A stretch of 64,000 bases of DNA, taken from IMG/VR virus record IMGVR_UViG_3300023179_000009, positions 394,814 through 458,813 of that record; one strand, given 5' to 3'. Positions 58,579-64,000 of this stretch are shown in pieces (within the stretch, counting starts at the first letter, position 1; each line of letters begins with the position of its first letter). The notes beneath the pieces were generated by a model. That model was not told where the DNA came from and searched no databases. It saw only the letters and a program-made list of their open reading frames with translations. Position numbers and translations under genes: made by a program.

Positions 58579-59237
58579 ATTTGCACCTTTTTATCAATTG
58601 GAAAACGCTCTTCAACCACGCTCTCAACAGGAATAAAAGCCATTACTTTGTTTGGAGTAAAACTATTAGGATCTGGGTCACGTGTTGGCCTTAAATCAAT
58701 TCCGTTGGCTGCTTTAAATGGTCTTGTTAGTCTTCCGCCAAAATAACTCAGGTTCATTTCACGTATTGATTCAAGAACAGCACTTTTTAGCTTAGATGCC
58801 GGGACGTAATAAATCTCTGTTTCTGTTTGATTTAAAACAAAGTAATGTTCTACTTTTGTACCCCTGAAATCCCGGCCTTGTTGGTGATAATTTTCCAATT
58901 GTTTTGAAAGCAACTGAGTGTTGTCGTGGTTTCTCAACACTTCATAGGCTATGTCATTTCTTCCTGGCTTAAAACTTCTTCTTAATTTTATTTGAACTGG
59001 ATCTTTTTGATTTCCGCCAAGATAACCATCTATCTTAAATTTAGCGTCTGTTCTGTAGTCGGATGCAGGGGTTATTTCTATTCCGTGCTTGCCAAGTTGA
59101 TCTATGATGAATTTTTCACCTATATCACGACCTTGAGCCATTCTGTCTTCGATAGGCAAATTGCTAAAATCTTTTTGAATCATGCTTGACGTTTCAATGT
59201 AATCTCTAAAACCCTTCGTGGTTGATTTGTTCTTCAT
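58575..59237 (-). CDS. PD-(D/E)XK nuclease-like protein
   Basis: GEKFIIDQL...KIDGYL...VQIKLR; N-terminus KGFRDYIE is CTS-like. Confidence 0.55.
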   Translation of the reverse strand: MKNKSTTKGFRDYIETSSMIQKDFSNLPIEDRMAQGRDIGEKFIIDQLGKHGIEITPASDYRTDAKFKIDGYLGGNQKDPVQIKLRRSFKPGRNDIAYEVLRNHDNTQLLSKQLENYHQQGRDFRGTKVEHYFVLNQTETEIYYVPASKLKSAVLESIREMNLSYFGGRLTRPFKAANGIDLRPTRDPDPNSFTPNKVMAFIPVESVVEERFPIDKKVQI

Positions 59238-59323
59238 TTCGTGTATATATTGATTTGTTCTTTGAATTTGTTAAGATCGCATAAGAAATATAGTTACTTT
59301 TTGTCGAAATTTAGGATCAAAAT

Positions 59324-59854
59324 ATGCAGATCGACAACCGCAATGTAATTGATTTTTACAAATACTGGGACACAGAGGCCATATTTGCGGACTTGCAATC
59401 AAAACATAATGATTTCTCTGTGTTGATAACCAATAAATTTAACGATTTTAACATTGGCAGCGTTATAAGAAACGCCAACGCTTTTTGTGCCAAAGAGGTA
59501 ATAATTTACGGTAGACGGTCTTTTGATCGTCGTGGTTGTGTTGGCACCCACAATTATTTACAAATAAAGCGTGTTAAATTTGTAGAAGAACTTGATTTCA
59601 AAGATTGCTTTGTTGTTGGAATTGATAATATAAAAAACTCAAAGCCAATAGAAGATTTTGTTTGGCCAACAAATAAACACGTTGTTATGGCTTTTGGACA
59701 AGAAAATGGCGGATTGTGTGATGAAATAATTTCTTTGTGTGATGAATTAGTTTATATTAAACAATATGGGAGCGTGAGGTGTCTTAATGTCGGATGTGCA
59801 TCATCTGTGGCAATGTACGATTATTGTAGAAAAGTTAAATGCGGTGAAACATAA
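59324..59854 (+). CDS. trmH: SpoU/TrmH-family RNA 2'-O-methyltransferase
   Basis: DFNIGSVIRNANAF, MAFGQENGGL, VRCLNVGCASSVAMY SPOUT motifs. Confidence 0.85.
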   Translation: MQIDNRNVIDFYKYWDTEAIFADLQSKHNDFSVLITNKFNDFNIGSVIRNANAFCAKEVIIYGRRSFDRRGCVGTHNYLQIKRVKFVEELDFKDCFVVGIDNIKNSKPIEDFVWPTNKHVVMAFGQENGGLCDEIISLCDELVYIKQYGSVRCLNVGCASSVAMYDYCRKVKCGET

Positions 59855-60386
59855 AGTTTGGAAAACGATGTGCGATAGTTTTAAGAAAAACCTCTGTACC
59901 ATCGACGGAAAATAATACCTTTAGTCTGTTTTTGTCGTGATTGACGGTACAATCCATTCCAATTTCTTGAAAGTATCTTAAAATTGTTTGGGTTCCTTCT
60001 TCGCCAAATTTGGTTGTATTTATATAAGCATTTTTCTTGTTTCTCCCAGTTTTGCTCCCTCCATCTAAAAACCACGTGGCCAAACCAGTGTCTGTGAGGG
60101 TGTCTAAAACGCTCATTTTTATACTTCTTTTATTGTTTTCGTATAGTTTTTCATGCAACTCTGTTATTTTAGGATGACAACTTGAGTTGCACCTATAAGT
60201 ATTTCCATATCTTTTTAAATTTAAATTATCAAAAAAATCACACATTTCTAACATCTTGTATTCTAGCCATTCTTTATTGTTGCTTCTCATGGAAACACAA
60301 TAATTTACTCCTTTTGGAGGCTTTATCAAGCTAGATCCGCCCAAAATTGTTCCTAATAATATTTGAAGTTGAAAGTTATGATTCAT
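59835..60386 (-). CDS. Free-standing LAGLIDADG-family protein with degenerate first motif
   Basis: ILLGTILGGSSL and LATWFLDGG motifs. Confidence 0.75.
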   Translation of the reverse strand: MNHNFQLQILLGTILGGSSLIKPPKGVNYCVSMRSNNKEWLEYKMLEMCDFFDNLNLKRYGNTYRCNSSCHPKITELHEKLYENNKRSIKMSVLDTLTDTGLATWFLDGGSKTGRNKKNAYINTTKFGEEGTQTILRYFQEIGMDCTVNHDKNRLKVLFSVDGTEVFLKTIAHRFPNFMFHRI

Positions 60387-60496
60387 TAGAATTTATACGC
60401 CTCCCGCCAGAAAACCCAGTCCCTTTAGGGGCTGGGATGAATGGCGGTAAAATCACACACGCACTATATATGATGTCGTTCAAGAAAGGTGAAATT

Positions 60497-60934
60497 ATGA
60501 AAAGTTTTAATGAGTGGATAAAAGAAAGATTAAAATACAATCAATTTTTTAGCGAGGAAAACCTCTCTCGCACCTACGATAGAAAAGCCTTCGTTAGCCT
60601 TCCTTGGGATTGGAATTCAATGATTAGAGCCAAAGTCATCCAGCCCCTGTTCTATTATGCAAAAGAAAATTATGTAGACGGAAAACCCGAGGTGATGGAT
60701 GATAATTCGGCAAGCGTAATAACTCTTCCCAATCTTAAGTCCATAGATAATAGTGAACTTTCTGCAAAAAACATACACACAGGAAAACCGCCCAACCTCA
60801 ATTCTTTCATGCTTTTGCTTCGCAATCCAGAATCTTGGTACGACCAGAAAATAGACCAGATTTACGACGGCATTAAAATGATTGGAAAAAAGCCAGAGGA
60901 TTTTGGCGGTAGAGACATAAGAACGCTAGATTGA
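60497..60934 (+). CDS. Cargo hypothetical protein with CTS-like N-terminus
   Basis: ATG at 60497 after AAGGTGA; begins MKSFNEWIKE; no HUH motif. Confidence 0.65.
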   Translation: MKSFNEWIKERLKYNQFFSEENLSRTYDRKAFVSLPWDWNSMIRAKVIQPLFYYAKENYVDGKPEVMDDNSASVITLPNLKSIDNSELSAKNIHTGKPPNLNSFMLLLRNPESWYDQKIDQIYDGIKMIGKKPEDFGGRDIRTLD

Positions 60935-60998
60935 TAGATTGTTTACAAAAACCATAATTCCCGTATAAATTTGTATTGACCTGCATACATAACCCTGT

Positions 60999-62165
60999 AT
61001 GCTAAAGTCGTTCAAATTTCAACTACTACCCACGAAAGACCAAAAAGAAAAACTGAGCCAGCATTTTGGTTGCAGAAGGTTCGTGTGGAATTATTTCTTG
61101 AACAGACGAAAAGAAGAATACTTAGACAACAAGAAAACATTGAACTACTACGATTGTGCCAATGAACTGACAAAGGTTAAAAAGCAGACGGAATACAACT
61201 GGCTCAAGGAAGTCAACAGCCAAACATTGCAACACACATTGCGTGACTTGGACACGGCATACAACAAGTTCTTCAGAAAAGAAACCAAGTTTCCAATCTT
61301 CAAATCAAAACACAAAAAGCAAAGTTTCAGAGTCCCGCAGCATATTGCAGTCAAAGAAGACAAAATATATTTCCCAAAATTCAAGGAAGGAATCAAATTA
61401 AACATTCATCGTGAATTTGGTGAGATAAGGTTCATCACCATATCCAAGACTCCGACCAACAAATACTTTGTTTCGCTTACCTGTGAGGTTGAACAAAATA
61501 AACTCAAAAAAAACAAGAACAAAATAGGTGTTGATTTGGGCATCAGGAACTTTGCTGTTTGTTCTAATGGTGAAGTTTTTGATAATCCCAGACACTACCA
61601 CAAACTAGAGAAAAAGTTGAAGTACAATCAAAGACAATTGAGCAAAAAGACAAAAGGAGGACCGACCAGAGGAAAACAAAGACTAAAACTAGCCAAGATA
61701 CATGAGAAAATCACCAACAGCAGAACGGACTTCTTGCATAAACTCTCCAGAAAGTTGATTGACGAAAACCAAGTCATATGCGTAGAAGACCTTAATGTGA
61801 AGGGCATGATGAGTAATCATAAGTTGGCAAAATCAGTAGCAAATTGCGGTTGGGGAGAGTTTGTTCGTCAACTATCCTACAAGGCGGAATGGTATGGACG
61901 AACAATTGTGAAAATAGACAGGTTCTTCCCGAGCAGTAAAACTTGCTTTGATTGTGGATACATCAATCAAGAATTCTCACTGAAAGACCGTGAATGGAAA
62001 TGCGTTTGTGGTAAGAACATTGACCGAGACTACAACGCTAGTCTCAACATACTAAAACAAGGCTTGAATATGAGTGGTTTGGGAACCAAGTCGCTCAATA
62101 AACAAAAACAAGTGGAGTCGTTGTCGCTAGACAAGGCTATGAAACTTGAAGCCCAATCCCTTTAG
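60999..62165 (+). CDS. tnpB: TnpB RNA-guided endonuclease
   Basis: N-terminal HTH (QKEKLSQHFGCRRFVWN), RuvC-I GVDLG, RuvC-II VEDL, CFDC/CVCG Zn finger, RuvC-III DRDYNA; all catalytic acids present. Confidence 0.95.
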   Translation: MLKSFKFQLLPTKDQKEKLSQHFGCRRFVWNYFLNRRKEEYLDNKKTLNYYDCANELTKVKKQTEYNWLKEVNSQTLQHTLRDLDTAYNKFFRKETKFPIFKSKHKKQSFRVPQHIAVKEDKIYFPKFKEGIKLNIHREFGEIRFITISKTPTNKYFVSLTCEVEQNKLKKNKNKIGVDLGIRNFAVCSNGEVFDNPRHYHKLEKKLKYNQRQLSKKTKGGPTRGKQRLKLAKIHEKITNSRTDFLHKLSRKLIDENQVICVEDLNVKGMMSNHKLAKSVANCGWGEFVRQLSYKAEWYGRTIVKIDRFFPSSKTCFDCGYINQEFSLKDREWKCVCGKNIDRDYNASLNILKQGLNMSGLGTKSLNKQKQVESLSLDKAMKLEAQSL

Positions 62166-62200
62166 GGGTTGGGTAGTTCACGTATGTTTTTTGAACACAG
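62030..62200 (+). ncRNA. Predicted omegaRNA (reRNA): scaffold overlapping the tnpB 3' end plus a flank-derived guide (about 62182..62200)
   Basis: Known TnpB architecture; terminal hairpin 62151..62174 and TCAC end seen; the 5' boundary is a guess. Confidence 0.55.
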
Positions 62201-62251
62201 TTTTTTAATGTGTATCATGCACCAAAATTTGTAGGAAAGAAATTTATAAAC

Positions 62252-62259
62252 TATAAATA
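62252..62259 (+). promoter_or_regulatory. T4-type late promoter box TATAAATA
   Basis: Exact match upstream of the strongly expressed 62301 gene. Confidence 0.4.
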
Positions 62260-62300
62260 ATTGTGAATTTTAACCCTTTAACATATTAAGGAGAATCATT

Positions 62301-62642
62301 ATGGCTGCTAGTTCTGTAACAGGTGTCGGTCGTGGATCGGCTGTAAAGAAACAAAAAGGATCTGAGCATGTTAGCCTCGGAGCCGCAAAAATCGTTGGAC
62401 CCAGAGTGGTTTATGCTGGAAAAGCAACCACCGATGCAAGCGGAGACGTTACCGTGGTTTTGCCAAGACTTCCGGGTGTTGCCGCTAACTACGTAACAAT
62501 GGTAACCGAAACAGGCGTTTCTGCTGCTGGTGCTTGTGCTGTTTCGTTGACCTTATCGGCTAATGCCACAACTTTGGTTCTTAAAGGACCAGTCTCGACA
62601 GAGTGCAACGTTGTGATTGTCAAAGCTGGTTTGGCCATCTGA
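62301..62642 (+). CDS. Small Ala/Gly/Val-rich putative virion (decoration-like) protein
   Basis: Strong AAGGAG SD, own terminator, codon style like gp23. Confidence 0.55.
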   Translation: MAASSVTGVGRGSAVKKQKGSEHVSLGAAKIVGPRVVYAGKATTDASGDVTVVLPRLPGVAANYVTMVTETGVSAAGACAVSLTLSANATTLVLKGPVSTECNVVIVKAGLAI

Positions 62643-62671
62643 TCTTACAAAAGTAAATAGTTATAAATAGA

Positions 62672-62707
62672 AAACCGGCCCAAAATTTTGCAATTTTGGG
62701 CCGGTTT
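62672..62707. terminator. Bidirectional rho-independent terminator
   Basis: Perfect 16-bp inverted repeat AAACCGGCCCAAAATT / AATTTTGGGCCGGTTT. Confidence 0.85.
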
Positions 62708-62711
62708 GTTT

Positions 62712-63056
62712 TTAACATTTTTTGATATTTTCTATATCAACAAGTTTATCAAACCAATAGTTCTCGGCAATTAATTTCGCATCATCGAATTCTATTAAAT
62801 CAGATTCGTTCCAAAGCCCATTTAATGTGTCTGTGTACAAAACGACAAATCGATTATATGTTTTTTTTGACTTAATTAGTTTTTGTGATTTTATTACTAC
62901 TTTTTCTAAAACTCCACGATTTGCTTTGATTAAACTATAAACGACATCCCCTGGACCATACAGCGTGCTGTAATTTTTTAAAAATTCTTCAACAATGCAC
63001 CCTGCTAGTTTTATGCCGCCCGAAAAGTTCTCATTTATAATCATTTTAACCACCAC
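62712..63056 (-). CDS. Hypothetical protein
   Basis: Shares a Y/F-x-x-G-x-x-V-Y...K-x-x-I motif with the upstream gene; start may be the ATG at 63044. Confidence 0.5.
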   Translation of the reverse strand: MVVKMIINENFSGGIKLAGCIVEEFLKNYSTLYGPGDVVYSLIKANRGVLEKVVIKSQKLIKSKKTYNRFVVLYTDTLNGLWNESDLIEFDDAKLIAENYWFDKLVDIENIKKC

Positions 63057-64000
63057 TTAATTGTTTAATTTTTTTCATTATTTTTTCTCGGTTGTTTGTA
63101 ATCAAATTGTTTGAATTATTTAAAGTCAACACAAATTTTCCGCCTTTTGGATTTGGTGGCTTCTTGTGTTTGTTTAAATTATTTATCTTATCGCTTATAT
63201 TTAAAATTTTATCTTTTTGCTGAGTTGTGTCTGCAAATTTAACAACCCCGCCTTGAGATAACGGTGGGCTTGTGTTGCTCTCTATTGTTTTTAAATTAGA
63301 ATCTATATTGTCTATGTTGAGGTTTAACACCTTATCTTTTTCTTCTATGGGAGATATCTCATTTGAATAAAAGTCTCCTAATGGCGTAACGTATCTAAAT
63401 ACATTATTTTCTAAAATAATTCTTGATATAGTGGTTTTTTGTGGACTTAAATTGTTGCTGATGGAATAAACTTTTTGTCCTATTTCAAATGAATATTTTA
63501 TATCTCTTAAAAAATTATAAAAATCCATCGAAACAATCGAAGATATAGAAACTTTTACTCCTCCAAAAGTGAGTATATCTTGTCTTAATAAACTAAAAGG
63601 AGAAACAATTAGTCCCCCAGATGCCAAAAATATTAAATCAACTACAGCAGATCCATTGGCAGTTAAATCCAAAGATGAAACTAGATTATAATCAAAGTAA
63701 CTTAAAGAGAATCCGTTATTGATCACCCCGCCCATCGAGATTAGATTATATTCTAATTCAATCTCAGAAGTGCTACTAGCAAGTGAACCACCAGTAGAAA
63801 CAATAGTGTAAACTGCTGTCTCTAATCCAGCACCACCGGCAAGTGAACCACCAGTAGAAACAATAGTGCAAACTGCTGTCTCTAATCCAACACCACCGGC
63901 AAGTGAACCACCAGTAGAAACAATATTGTAAACTGCTGTCTCTGATCCAGCACCACCGGCAAGTGAGCCACCGGTGGCAGCAATATTGTAAACTGCTGAT
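63046..64000 (-). CDS. Repeat-containing protein (5'-truncated by window edge), probably structural
   Basis: Frame of 63046..63735 stays open to base 64000 through the 20-aa repeats. Confidence 0.6.
   Translation of the reverse strand, partial: SAVYNIAATGGSLAGGAGSETAVYNIVSTGGSLAGGVGLETAVCTIVSTGGSLAGGAGLETAVYTIVSTGGSLASSTSEIELEYNLISMGGVINNGFSLSYFDYNLVSSLDLTANGSAVVDLIFLASGGLIVSPFSLLRQDILTFGGVKVSISSIVSMDFYNFLRDIKYSFEIGQKVYSISNNLSPQKTTISRIILENNVFRYVTPLGDFYSNEISPIEEKDKVLNLNIDNIDSNLKTIESNTSPPLSQGGVVKFADTTQQKDKILNISDKINNLNKHKKPPNPKGGKFVLTLNNSNNLITNNREKIMKKIKQLSGG
63779..64000 (-). repeat. 60-bp tandem repeat, about 3.7 copies visible (encodes GGAGLETAVYTIVSTGGSLA)
   Basis: Direct reading of consecutive near-identical 60-nt units. 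Confidence 0.95.

Larger units (their letters stand above)
60397..62181 (+). mobile_element. IS200/IS605-type non-autonomous element: left end, cargo ORF, tnpB, right end
   Basis: Near-identical subterminal hairpins at 60415..60436 and 62151..62174; ends in TCAC; TTTAT target immediately left of the predicted left end; no tnpA. Confidence 0.75.

Noticed and set aside
60347-60934. Longer 195-aa version of the cargo ORF, or a TnpA
   Set aside because: The extension runs through the left-end hairpin and the opposite-strand gene; a good SD precedes the ATG at 60497; no HUH or catalytic Tyr pattern, and no serine-recombinase motif
60931-60935. TTGAT as an ISDra2-like left target, making tnpB a cargo-free insertion
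   Set aside because: No subterminal hairpin follows it, whereas 60415..60436 matches the right-end hairpin and the guide rule points to TTAT at 60393; kept only as the alternative to test

Overview
The window is a 64-kb, AT-rich segment of a large T4-like myovirus genome read in the standard genetic code. It holds a baseplate module (gp5/VgrG-like hub cut by the window edge, gp25, gp6, gp7/P2-I-like, three paralogous PKD-domain proteins) and a head module (large terminase, intein-containing portal, core protein, gp21 protease, gp22 scaffold, gp23 capsid). It also holds a primase and a PD-(D/E)XK exonuclease. Accessory genes include an actin-fold ATPase, glycosyl- and sulfotransferases, three peptidases, a ferritin, an Acb1-like 2H phosphoesterase, a TrmH methylase, a metallothionein-like peptide, a poly-Asp protein and several homing-endonuclease-like genes. 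Two signals stand out. (1) An IS200/IS605-type element (predicted 60397..62181) has matching left- and right-end hairpins and an intact TnpB, with an unknown cargo gene where tnpA would be. (2) About a dozen otherwise unrelated ORFs begin with a motif resembling the T4 capsid-targeting sequence (M-K-x-F-x-[E/N]-W-...-E). They include a kinase-fold protein, a nuclease-fold protein and that cargo gene, suggesting a repertoire of head-packaged, injected effectors. I saw no tRNA, rRNA or CRISPR array. All family calls come from motif recognition by eye; no database search was run.
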